NCBI GenBank assembly: GCA_963664815.2
Contig: CAXXHB010000003.1
Location: forward strand, 3,648,001-3,712,000
DNA length: 64,000 nucleotides
Origin: Spirochaetota bacterium
Lineage (GTDB): Bacteria > Spirochaetota > UBA4802 > UBA5550
Direction: 5' to 3'
Within the stretch, counting starts at the first letter, position 1, and each line of letters starts with the position of its first letter. Shown here piece by piece: positions 43,791 through 52,708 of the stretch. A model generated the notes under the pieces. That model saw only the letters and a program-made list of their open reading frames with translations. It did not search any database and had not been told where the DNA came from. Both the position numbers and the translations under genes were made by a program.

Positions 43791-44215
43791 GTCTGGTAGG
43801 TCAGGGAGTTTGCACCCCCTTCCCCCCATAAGAACCGTACGTGAAAGTTTTACCACAGGCACTTCCTACGGTCGCCCTTCATACGACTCAAGCCGCCTAA
43901 AGCTGATTATACAACCAGCCGCTGTTATCTGTTTGTATTCCCATTTTTCTATAGTAGAAATAATCAGAATCTTCTTTTAAAAATGGGTTCCTGTCAAGAC
44001 TTATCATTCTGTGCCGTACAATTTTAATGTGTCCTGCAGTAATAAGAATCTCCTCATCAGAGCAGAAAGTCCAATCCCTGTTTCCTATGCGTTTCCAGTA
44101 CCGGTTTTTAAGCCATAAAGAATTTTTCATCGGGTGTCTGAATCTACCCCATCTCCATAGAGCCTGAAAAAGAACAGCATCGGGATTTTTAAAGGCTTCT
44201 TTTAAAACCATTACA
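43791..44215 (-). mobile_element. Group II intron 3' remnant, copy 1 (maturase tail + DV/DVI)
   Basis: FQALWRWGRFRHPMKNSLWLKNRYW...RH...NPF; gagtcgtatga...ctttcacgtacggttc; ends cctaccagac. Confidence 0.85.
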
Positions 44216-44401
44216 CGGAGCTTTTGAGACTTTGCATAAAATCGCCATTCACAGTCTATCAGATAACTGTAGAAATAATTATTTTACTGGATTATTATTT
44301 TTACCGGTAAAAATCACCGGATTATTACTGTATGCTATTTCAAAGATCGGGATAAAACGGTATTCAAATTCCTATATATACTGTTCGATCCCAGTGGTTT
44401 C

Positions 44402-44526
44402 GTCCAACAGAGTCTTAACATAGCTGTTGTCTGAAGATTGAAATTATCTGTTCAATGTTTTTATACCGCTAATAAAGATTAGCGGTTTTTTTGAGGCAAC
44501 TACGTTAAGACTTCTATAAGTTATGC
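44402..44526 (-). other. attC-like site (family B)
   Basis: Near-identical to 38995-39119. Confidence 0.85.
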
Positions 44527-44553
44527 GAAGGTCTGCCCCCGGTTTTCAATAGC

Positions 44554-44886
44554 TTAATTTCTGATTAATCTTTTTAAGATTATATCTTCGAAATTTCTTC
44601 TAGAGTCAATCATTGAAAGAATATATACTTTTTGTTCTTCTATTCTATAAACTATTCGCCATGGAGTTATAATCAGTTCTCGATAATTACTAATATTATG
44701 AAAATCAAGCTCAGGAACAGTTCTTCCTCGTTCAGGAAAATTTTCTAATTTGATTGTTTGCTTTTTGATTTTTTCAAATATTTCTGCGGCTGTATTCAGA
44801 CTATCTAATGAAATATATTCAATTATTTCAATAAGATCATCTTGTGCAATTTTTGTCCAATATACTGTATATTTTTTTGATGTCAT
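44554..44886 (-). CDS. RelE/ParE family toxin (copy 2)
   Basis: Protein identical to 39147-39479. Confidence 0.9.
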   Translation of the reverse strand: MTSKKYTVYWTKIAQDDLIEIIEYISLDSLNTAAEIFEKIKKQTIKLENFPERGRTVPELDFHNISNYRELIITPWRIVYRIEEQKVYILSMIDSRRNFEDIILKRLIRN

Positions 44887-44890
44887 ATTC

Positions 44891-45169
44891 TTATCTTTTT
44901 TTTAGAATTTTATCTTCGATTGCAGAAAAGAATGAATTCTGCTCTGTGAATTTTCCATTTTTTACATCGTTTTCTCCCATGGAAATTAGTTTTAAAATCC
45001 CTATCGCGTTTTGCATTGAATCATAACTTTCTGTATCCATTAATACAGCTTTTGCTTCCCCATTTTGAGTTATGATAATTGGACGATGAGTTTCGTTAAC
45101 TTGATCAAGCATGTTTGCAGCATTTGCTTTTACGAAAGAAATGGGGCGTATATCTTGTTTGGTATTCAT
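44891..45169 (-). CDS. Phd/YefM family antitoxin (copy 2)
   Basis: Protein identical to 39484-39762. Confidence 0.9.
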   Translation of the reverse strand: MNTKQDIRPISFVKANAANMLDQVNETHRPIIITQNGEAKAVLMDTESYDSMQNAIGILKLISMGENDVKNGKFTEQNSFFSAIEDKILKKR

Positions 45170-45268
45170 TTTTTTATCCTCTATGGTGTTTCTATTGATC
45201 TAAATATGGTACTAAATTAAGTTTTAAAGGTCAAGAATAATTTTCTAAAACGACGGGGGCAGACTTTC

Positions 45269-45331
45269 GCATAACGTTAAGAAGAGTATCTTAATCAATC
45301 TTCTCCGATTGAGATACTCTTCAAGTTGGCC
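45269..45331 (-). other. attC-like site (family C)
   Basis: Identical to 39862-39924. Confidence 0.85.
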
Positions 45332-45511
45332 GGCTTTTTTATAACATCCTGTTATATGCCGGCAGGTGGTCACATAGGGGGTAGAGAGTGCTAAAGCTAA
45401 CAGTCTTGAGCCGTATGCATACCTGCGATTTTTATTCTCTGAGTTTCCATTGGTGTCGACCAGAGAGGAAATGTTGAAGCTTCTGCCATGTTTTGTCACA
45501 AATGATATGAT

Positions 45512-45726
45512 TTACGGACATAATACCGGGCTACCATTTTCAACCATCTTTTTCCAGTTGTATATCGTTTGATCCGATATCCCCATTTCCCTGGCTATTT
45601 CCGGAATGCTTCTATTTTCCGGTGGTAATACCTTCTTGAGCACTGATTCTTTAAACCTTTTACTGTATTTCATAATCATCTCCTGATTTATTTCAGGCGA
45701 CAACTATCTTGGCACATAGGGTACAC
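45512..45726 (-). pseudogene. Truncated IS3-family left end + OrfA fragment
   Basis: KYSKRFKESVL...IAREMGISDQTIYNWKK; TG-starting end tgtacccctatgtgcc. Confidence 0.7.
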
Positions 45727-45761
45727 GGTGAATTTGACGCTTACAATTAATGCAGCATTTC

Positions 45762-45861
45762 GGCTAACGTTTTGCTTATGGAAATCGCGGCAGTTTTTTC
45801 GCCGCGATTTGGCGTAGCCCGAACGACCGCCAGGGAGTGAAGCGCATAAGCTTTGTTAGAC
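45762..45861 (-). other. attC-like site (family A, 100 bp)
   Basis: Minus strand GTCTAAC...GTTAGCC; arms gcttatg / cataagc. Confidence 0.88.
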
Positions 45862-45871
45862 GACGTATATA

Positions 45872-46315
45872 TTAGAATGTATTATTGTGATTATTGATAT
45901 TATTAATAGTATCTTTTATAAAATTCAATTTTCTTTTTTCAACAATAGATTTTGGTATATCTAGACCTTTATTAATATCCAATGATACTCGTGTAATAAT
46001 ATTATTAATATTAGTTGTTACTTTCATTTTAATTGATTTAATATTGTGTCGTTTGAAATCTAATATTTGTATTGCAACGAGTATTCCATTAGTTGATTCA
46101 ATAAAACAAATATATTCAGTTTTGCGAACAACAGTTTTTTTAATATTATATTCGAATAATATTTCAAATATATCCTTATTTTCATCATAACCATACTTTT
46201 GAATCTTGGGAATGTTATCTAAAGATGGCAGTACATTATAATTACATCCATTTATTTTTTCATTAGAATAATTATTGAAATATGAATTATACAAATTATT
46301 AATTTCTTTATTCAT
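45872..46315 (-). CDS. Hypothetical cassette protein, possibly DUF2283-like
   Basis: YDENKDIFEI...GILVAIQILDF; overlaps the upstream gene (ATGA). Confidence 0.5.
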   Translation of the reverse strand: MNKEINNLYNSYFNNYSNEKINGCNYNVLPSLDNIPKIQKYGYDENKDIFEILFEYNIKKTVVRKTEYICFIESTNGILVAIQILDFKRHNIKSIKMKVTTNINNIITRVSLDINKGLDIPKSIVEKRKLNFIKDTINNINNHNNTF

Positions 46316-47049
46316 ATATTACCTCTTTCAAATAAAAACGATATTGAATTTATCATTTCTTCAATTTTTCTAGACTTTTTAACATCGAGCGACATATTAA
46401 TTTCATTATCAATTACTACAACACCCCATGTCATAGATTTTGTAAATGATTTTAAAGGAAGACAAAAAAACCAAGATGATTTTGAATTTACCTTGCGAGC
46501 AATTTTTTTATTTAAAGACAATTCTTTTTCGCATTGATTGAAATAAATGTCTGGGTTTTCTGGATCATAATCGTTAATGCTTTTTTGGATAATGTTTTGT
46601 GTTGCAAAACACACTCCAGCACAACCTTCTCCATGTTTAAATTTTATTTTTGTATTTATAATTGGAATTCGCGTTTGATATCTGGCTATTTGTTTTAGAT
46701 ACGCTTTTGAACTGTTCATTTTGTAGGCTTTAAAAATTGTAACCCTTAAATGATGTTTATGCTCATCTTTTAAATCAACAGTCATTTTATCAAATATTAA
46801 GTGAGCCATATTTTTGAACATTGATTTGTCTTTTGTTAGTTTATTATAAACAATGTTTAAAACATGTACAATAATATAAATAATAAAAAGTACTAAAAAT
46901 ATTTTTACAGAATTTTTCGAAATCGTTTCATAAGATCCAGGTTTGAGGTAGTCATCAAAAATAAGTATTTTGCTTTCCGAAATGCAATTGTAAAAATAGC
47001 CAATAATTGCCACTATAATAATTTTTATAATTTCAAATACTATTTTCAT
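46312..47049 (-). CDS. Hypothetical cassette protein, 2 TM + GAF-like domain
   Basis: Two N-terminal hydrophobic segments; GEGCAGVCF, CLPL, WGVVVID. Confidence 0.55.
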   Translation of the reverse strand: MKIVFEIIKIIIVAIIGYFYNCISESKILIFDDYLKPGSYETISKNSVKIFLVLFIIYIIVHVLNIVYNKLTKDKSMFKNMAHLIFDKMTVDLKDEHKHHLRVTIFKAYKMNSSKAYLKQIARYQTRIPIINTKIKFKHGEGCAGVCFATQNIIQKSINDYDPENPDIYFNQCEKELSLNKKIARKVNSKSSWFFCLPLKSFTKSMTWGVVVIDNEINMSLDVKKSRKIEEMINSISFLFERGNI

Positions 47050-47080
47050 AATACACTACCTTATTAAGTTTATATATGTC

Positions 47081-47143
47081 GTCTAACGTTAAGAAGAGTA
47101 TCTTAATCAATCTTCTCCGATTGAGATACTCTTCAAGTTGGAC
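47081..47143 (-). other. attC-like site (family C) closing the recombinase/transposase cassette
   Basis: Minus strand GTCCAAC...GTTAGAC; interior identical to 39862-39924. Confidence 0.88.
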
Positions 47144-47385
47144 AGAACCGCCTGAGCAACAGCCCGACACAATATTAATGGATTTTAAATTACCGGATTT
47201 ATAATTGCAAGAATAATTCGTATGTAGAAATTTGAATAAATAAACAATTGCATCTTTATAACAACCAATATATCTGCTTTTAAATTATTGTTAAACGATA
47301 CTTTCCGGAATAAATTATCATTATTTCTCAGTTATCAGAATGAAAGTATCCCTTCATGGTTTTTTATAGTTCCATAATCATAGTA

Positions 47386-48642
47386 TTAATATATAGATAA
47401 TAATCTACAACTGCTCTGGTTCGCCGGAGGTGAACGGTACCGTACCGGTTCAAGAATCTCTTTTACAATAAGCCTTCCGGTTTTGCATGCAGGGCAGCAT
47501 GAAAGATTTTTACCTGTAATACGCAGATAGATTTCACTCCATGTCTGCGGTATACTTTCATTCTTCTTTTGAATTTCGTAAAACTCGCGACATGCCTCAA
47601 CAGCCTTCTTTTTGTTTCTGTGTGATAGAATTCCAAAGTATCTGATGCGGACAAACCTTCTCGGTACAACATGCATTATGAAGCGGCGAATAAAAGACTC
47701 TGCCGGGAGTTCCATGAGCTTTTCCCTGTTCCCGTCAGCGTAATCCCTGTATCTGAATCTTATTATATCATCTTTAACAGAAACTATCCGGTGATTGCTG
47801 ATGGCTATGCGATGAGTATACCTCGCAAGATATTCAATTACACTCTCTTTGCCCTGGAAGGATTCTTTGAGATATACAACCCACTCCGCGGCGAAGAGTG
47901 AATCAATCATTGTCTGAAAATTTATGGCATCAGTGACATGCGTACCTTTAAGATATAATTTTTCTGTTCTATAAAGTTCCTTCAATCCCTGCAGAAAGAG
48001 GCTTCTGAACCGCAGCTTCAGAACCTGCACAGGTACAAAATAGTTATTCGGAGCATGAATCCATCTCTGCTTTTTCTCCGAATAACCTCCGCCCGGAACC
48101 ACACAATGAAGATGGGGATGTAAATTAATCTTCTGCCCCCATGTATGTAGGATGGAAAAGAATCCTATATCAGCGCCGAAGTATTTTTCATCACCGCTGA
48201 CAGAGAGTAGTGTCATTCTGCATACATCAAACATAAGGTCGTAGATAACTCTTTTGTTTCTGATAACAACCGGGTTAAGCATATCTGGAAGTGTGAATAC
48301 AACATGAAAGTAAGTGAACGGGAGAACTTCATTTTTTCTTTCCATAATCCACTTCTCTTTTTTCATCGACTGGCACTGTGGACAATGCCTGTTTCTGCAT
48401 GAGTTGTAGAGAATCACTTTATGGCCGCAGATGCTGCATTCCTCAACTCTTCCGCCGAGGGCTTCTGTCCTGCAGATCTCAATTGAACGCATCACCTTTC
48501 TTTCATGCAAAGAGACTTCGGGATGTTTCAGAAGATAAGACTCATCGTAATTCCGGAATATTTCATTAACGGTTGGCTGATTCATTTTTAAATCTGTCTG
48601 CATAGACATCAAGAGGACTTCGGGCCACGGTCTTCTCTTCAT
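47386..48642 (-). CDS. IS91-family (Y2 HUH) transposase
   Basis: CRT..LGG, YNSCRNRHCPQCQ, YFHVVFTLP, LHTWG...HPHLH, YLARY, RIRYFG; the true start is probably MNQP (~48583). Confidence 0.95.
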   Translation of the reverse strand: MKRRPWPEVLLMSMQTDLKMNQPTVNEIFRNYDESYLLKHPEVSLHERKVMRSIEICRTEALGGRVEECSICGHKVILYNSCRNRHCPQCQSMKKEKWIMERKNEVLPFTYFHVVFTLPDMLNPVVIRNKRVIYDLMFDVCRMTLLSVSGDEKYFGADIGFFSILHTWGQKINLHPHLHCVVPGGGYSEKKQRWIHAPNNYFVPVQVLKLRFRSLFLQGLKELYRTEKLYLKGTHVTDAINFQTMIDSLFAAEWVVYLKESFQGKESVIEYLARYTHRIAISNHRIVSVKDDIIRFRYRDYADGNREKLMELPAESFIRRFIMHVVPRRFVRIRYFGILSHRNKKKAVEACREFYEIQKKNESIPQTWSEIYLRITGKNLSCCPACKTGRLIVKEILEPVRYRSPPANQSSCRLLSIY

Positions 48643-49429
48643 TCAGATGCACATAAACCAGAGTCGTAGTCAGATGTCTGTGTCCCAGAAACTTCTGAAG
48701 TTGAAACACTCCGCTCCCTGTCTCTATCATATGTGTCGCAAAGGAGTGACGCAGTGTATGAATACCGCACTGTTTTGTTATACCGGCTCTCTTCTTCGCG
48801 CGATGATACGCATGCTGTACTGCCCTGATTGACATCTGTTCACCTGGGTATCTTCCGCAAAACAGCCAGTTGTCCGGCCTGTAGGTTTTCCAGTATTGCT
48901 CAAGCTGGATTAAACATATTTCTGAAAGCAGGGTATACCTGTCCCTGCCCCCTTTGGCATCCCGTACTTTAAGACGCATTGAATCCCGTGAGATATCGTC
49001 TACCTTCAGATTTACAAGTTCACCCACTCGGAGACCTGAGGAATACGTGAGCATCAGTATTGTTTTATGTTTCAGATTATCAGCGCTGTGAATAATCCGA
49101 AACACCTCTTCTACCGTAAATACTTCCGGAAGTTTTCTTTTCTTTTTCTGAATGGGAATGTTTTCAACTTCAACGTCTCTGCCGATTGTCTGGATAAAAA
49201 AATAGCATATTGCGCTTCTTGCCTGACGGAATGATGATTCTGATAGTTTCCGGTCTTTGATTAAGTAATACAGGTAGTCTTTTATGGTTTCTTTTGTGAT
49301 CTCCTCCGGCGGTTCCTTGCAGTATTCAAGAAAACTGCTCAAGCTCCGGTAATAGGTGATCTGTGTCCTCAGGCTGTATCCGCGAAGGGCAAGGTCTCTT
49401 TTGTAGCTTTGTAAAATCTGTTCTGACAT
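48566..49429 (-). CDS. Tyrosine recombinase (IntI-related, without the integron-specific insertion)
   Basis: LRGYS.RT..Y SAM-like N-terminus; YSSGLRVGE, AKGGRDR, HTLRHSFATH, LGH...TTLVY. Confidence 0.95.
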   Translation of the reverse strand: MSEQILQSYKRDLALRGYSLRTQITYYRSLSSFLEYCKEPPEEITKETIKDYLYYLIKDRKLSESSFRQARSAICYFFIQTIGRDVEVENIPIQKKKRKLPEVFTVEEVFRIIHSADNLKHKTILMLTYSSGLRVGELVNLKVDDISRDSMRLKVRDAKGGRDRYTLLSEICLIQLEQYWKTYRPDNWLFCGRYPGEQMSIRAVQHAYHRAKKRAGITKQCGIHTLRHSFATHMIETGSGVFQLQKFLGHRHLTTTLVYVHLNEEKTVARSPLDVYADRFKNESANR

Positions 49430-49533
49430 GAAGATTTCCTCCGTTAATTTTGGTTAACGGAAGTTTATCATGGATTGTAATAAAAGTGAAATCTTTCATA
49501 TGGGATAGAAAGCCGCCGCCTTCAGGCGGTTTT

Positions 49534-49634
49534 GTTCAACGCCTTGCTTACACGACGTCGCGGCGTCTTTTTGCCGCGATGTGGCGAAGCCCAAGCGAGG
49601 TACTCCGAGCGCAGCGTTGTAAGCTTTGTTGTGC
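49534..49634 (-). other. attC-like site (family A, 101 bp)
   Basis: Minus strand GCACAAC...GTTGAAC; arms gcttac / gtaagc. Confidence 0.88.
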
Positions 49635-49652
49635 GCAGTTGATAATTCACAT

Positions 49653-51344
49653 TCAAGTTAATGACCACCGAGTATTTCTTGTATTACCTTTTTTTTGAAT
49701 GAATTTTATCTGTGAAAGGAAACTACTTAAACTAGATTTGTTTGAAAATGTTAATATGTCTGATAGTTCATCACTTGAAGCTATATTATATTTTTTTAAA
49801 TATGTATATAGCGAAACATATTTACTTGAGTTTGGTGCGATTTTAGGCTTTTTTGAAATTTTAAAATAATCAAGAAATTCATTACTTACAGAAATAAAAA
49901 TGTCATTCTTATCACCATGTATTACGAAATAATGCTTTAAAATACCTTCTTCTATTGAAGATTTTATGTCTTCCCATGGATTTAACGAAATTTTCATCAT
50001 TTCTTTTTCCAGGTCTTTACATGAAATAGTACCTTTAAGTGAGACTTTATTTAATATGAATAATTCACTCAATTTAAACTTATCAATATTATTTGTTGTT
50101 ATTACAAAGATTTGTGGGATACAATATTCAGTAACCATTGAGACTTCTATTGAATCATTATTTTCACAAAAAATCGGAAAACTTCGTCCATAGATCAATG
50201 ATCCAATTCCCATTCTTAAAACACCCATTCCTGCTCTATCAACAAGATTAAAGAGCATTAAACATTTTGCTAATTCTTTATTTCTATGACGTGGATCATG
50301 AAATGCAATATTAGATTCATTTACACCACCATAAAAATTCCCTGGATTTGTTATTTTTATACCATTTGATGTGAAAATAATTGATATTAATCCATTGATT
50401 GAATAATCTCGATGAACAATAGCATTTAATAATGCTTCATGAAAAGCTTTTTCATCTAACGCAGGGCAATTATATTTATTGTCATTGAATTCTATTTGTA
50501 ATATTTTATTATATTCGCTAAATTTATTTTTAATAATTTTTATTGAATTCCAAATATTATCGCTCCAAATATAGTTTTGAAGTAACTCACCTTGATTGGA
50601 TTTATAACTAAAACGAAATTCATAATCACCTAGGTGTTGTTTTATTTGATCTTTATGGCCGAACATCAACACTGCTGTTTTTGTAACAACACCATTTTTC
50701 GTTGCATTAATTGCTTCCAAAAAGTCAATATTACTAATATCCGTATTAAGATTTCTTCTAAATATAAAATCTTTTTTTGCTTCAATTAATGTTTCCTGAT
50801 TTAATTCTTCAATTTTTATATGATCAATCTCATCAGCACTCCAATCATATGTCTGAAGATTCTTTACAGCAGATTCTATTTCGTATGGCTCCATAGGTCT
50901 GCTGCTTTTACCATCTCTAATGTATACTTTACCACTTGTAGTTGTTACTAGTACGTGGTTTATTTTAGGAACATCAATAACCACATAACGGATAAGTTTA
51001 TGAAAATGATAATAAATTTTAAAATCAATTTTCGGCTTTATTCTTCCTCTTAATCTTTCGGATGTAACGTCAAAATCAATTTCTTGAAATCCATTTAATT
51101 GCTTTTCTATTAAAGCTAAATCATTTTTATCGTTATCGATTACTCCAATGATTATTTTACCACCAAATTTATTAGCAAGAGCTACAAATTCGTTTGCTAA
51201 TTCCTTGTCATTATTCAAGGCATTAATATCTTTATAATTTTTGAATTCAATAGTTTCCGATTCAACAGATTGACTTGGTTCTTTTTCAAGTTTTAAAAAT
51301 ATTTGATCAATTGTTTTTATACTCATAATATCCTCAATTATCAA
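49653..51344 (-). CDS. AlbA_2 (Schlafen-like) + HATPase_c_4 domain protein
   Basis: ESETIEFK, VALANKFGG.IIIGV.D, HEALLNAIVHRDY, NPG, RNKELA, VDRAGMG. Confidence 0.88.
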   Translation of the reverse strand: MIIEDIMSIKTIDQIFLKLEKEPSQSVESETIEFKNYKDINALNNDKELANEFVALANKFGGKIIIGVIDNDKNDLALIEKQLNGFQEIDFDVTSERLRGRIKPKIDFKIYYHFHKLIRYVVIDVPKINHVLVTTTSGKVYIRDGKSSRPMEPYEIESAVKNLQTYDWSADEIDHIKIEELNQETLIEAKKDFIFRRNLNTDISNIDFLEAINATKNGVVTKTAVLMFGHKDQIKQHLGDYEFRFSYKSNQGELLQNYIWSDNIWNSIKIIKNKFSEYNKILQIEFNDNKYNCPALDEKAFHEALLNAIVHRDYSINGLISIIFTSNGIKITNPGNFYGGVNESNIAFHDPRHRNKELAKCLMLFNLVDRAGMGVLRMGIGSLIYGRSFPIFCENNDSIEVSMVTEYCIPQIFVITTNNIDKFKLSELFILNKVSLKGTISCKDLEKEMMKISLNPWEDIKSSIEEGILKHYFVIHGDKNDIFISVSNEFLDYFKISKKPKIAPNSSKYVSLYTYLKKYNIASSDELSDILTFSNKSSLSSFLSQIKFIQKKGNTRNTRWSLT

Positions 51345-51430
51345 TTGCGCACAACTTGTACTATCCGAATAATCTTTCGCATAACACAGGAAAAATCCGG
51401 AAAAATGCGAAAGAAGTTACGTACAGTAAC
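51336..51430 (-). other. Candidate attI-like primary site at the head of the array
   Basis: The first cassette starts GTTGTGC at 51355 with no attC palindrome upstream; related boxes tatccgaata / tttcgcata / atgcgaaag. Confidence 0.5.
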
Positions 51431-52114
51431 CCCTATATCTCCAGTGGACTCTTAATATTCCCGGATTTCCCCGTACATACATGTGTATAAATCATAATTG
51501 TATCAGGACTTTACCGTCCTGATAGTTCCTGTATTCTTCGTTACTCTGTTCAGGCAGTTGTGTAGTAAATTTATCCCTTGATGAGTTATCTTTAACCGTT
51601 TTCCATTCCGTCATTTACAACATTCCGTTGAAACCAGTCCGCACAAATATCCCCCGTTGCTACTCCCCTTCTCCTGATCTTTTAATAAACGGTTTCCATG
51701 ATGATCCCTGCAGGATGGGGCTGTATGCATTTAATTTATTCACTCATTAAACAGCAGTTATTTCAATACTTTTTTTCAAATATTCAAATAAATATCCGGC
51801 TTGTTTCAAGATTGGCATTTGCAGCCCTCAGGAAACCTTGAGTGTGTTTTATTAAGGGGCTTCGCCCCTTATACCCTGTAAAAAAGTTGTCTCTTTTTTA
51901 TAAAGAACGTTAATTACTTTGTTGAATTGGCTGCTTTGCAATAAAAACATATGATGTGTTATATGCACAAATTGTGCCGAAAACTGCTGTACACTGCAGT
52001 GATTATACCCAATCTGTCGCCATGTATATGCCGTTTATCCGCCACGAATCCGCCATCTATCCGGCGAAGTAACATCAGAATTTTTTTGCTTTTTCAGTAA
52101 ATTTTTTAAATTCC

Positions 52115-52560
52115 CCGGTTTCTTAAACCACACCGCTCCCCGGGTGTTTCCAGTGAAACTGGAAATGTATCAAGGGGACCACTATAGGAAAACTGTTTTC
52201 TTAAAACTTATTAATATTATCAATATACCAGGATTAATTCATGGACAGCTCCTCCCGGTTTCTTAAACCACACCGCTCCCCGAGTGTTTCCAGTGAAACT
52301 GGAAATGTATTGAGGGGATCACTACAGGATTAAAAGTCCTGCAGGATTTCCTGCAGAGTGAACAGACATTGGTTCATGTGCTCTTTGTTGATCTCTTTGA
52401 TGCTGTCCGTAATGTAATATTATCGATATGCCAGTGTCAGCTCCGGAACCACCTTTTCCGGTTTCTTAAACCACACCGTTCCCCGAGTGTTTCCAGTAAA
52501 ACTGGAAATGTATCGAGGGGACCACTATAGGATTAAGATCTCTGCAGGATTTTCTGCAGA
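52115..52560. repeat. Three ~75-bp hairpin-containing direct repeats (52115, 52255, 52458)
   Basis: ccggtttcttaaaccacaccg.tccccg.gtgtttccagt.aaactggaaatgtat..agggga.cacta.agga; copies 2 and 3 share ~28 bp more. Confidence 0.9.
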
Positions 52561-52708
52561 CAAGTGTATCGTACACGAACATACTTAAATCGTGCATCAT
52601 CTGGTTCAGATTCAAATTCACTGCAGATTTATGACAAAATCCCGACTCTGTTTACAGAGTATTCAGTTTCGCTTACATTTCGCTTCAATTACGCCTCAAA
52701 CACGCTAC

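Noticed and set aside
43897-44211. Functional reverse transcriptase, retron or DGR
   Set aside because: Only the maturase tail is present; no RT catalytic domains and no TR/VR pair seen
45245-45499. 84-aa ORF
   Set aside because: Runs across an attC and chimeric junctions; likely spurious
48566-49429. Canonical integron integrase IntI
   Set aside because: Lacks the IntI-specific insertion before the HxLRH box, is coupled to an IS91 transposase and lies inside the array
49450-49698. 82-aa plus-strand ORF
   Set aside because: Reads through the GC-rich attC palindrome
51810-51875. Riboswitch-like hairpins
   Set aside because: No recognisable riboswitch consensus and no clear downstream gene
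52115-52560. CRISPR array
   Set aside because: Repeats are ~75 bp, gaps are unequal, there are only three units and no cas genes are in the window
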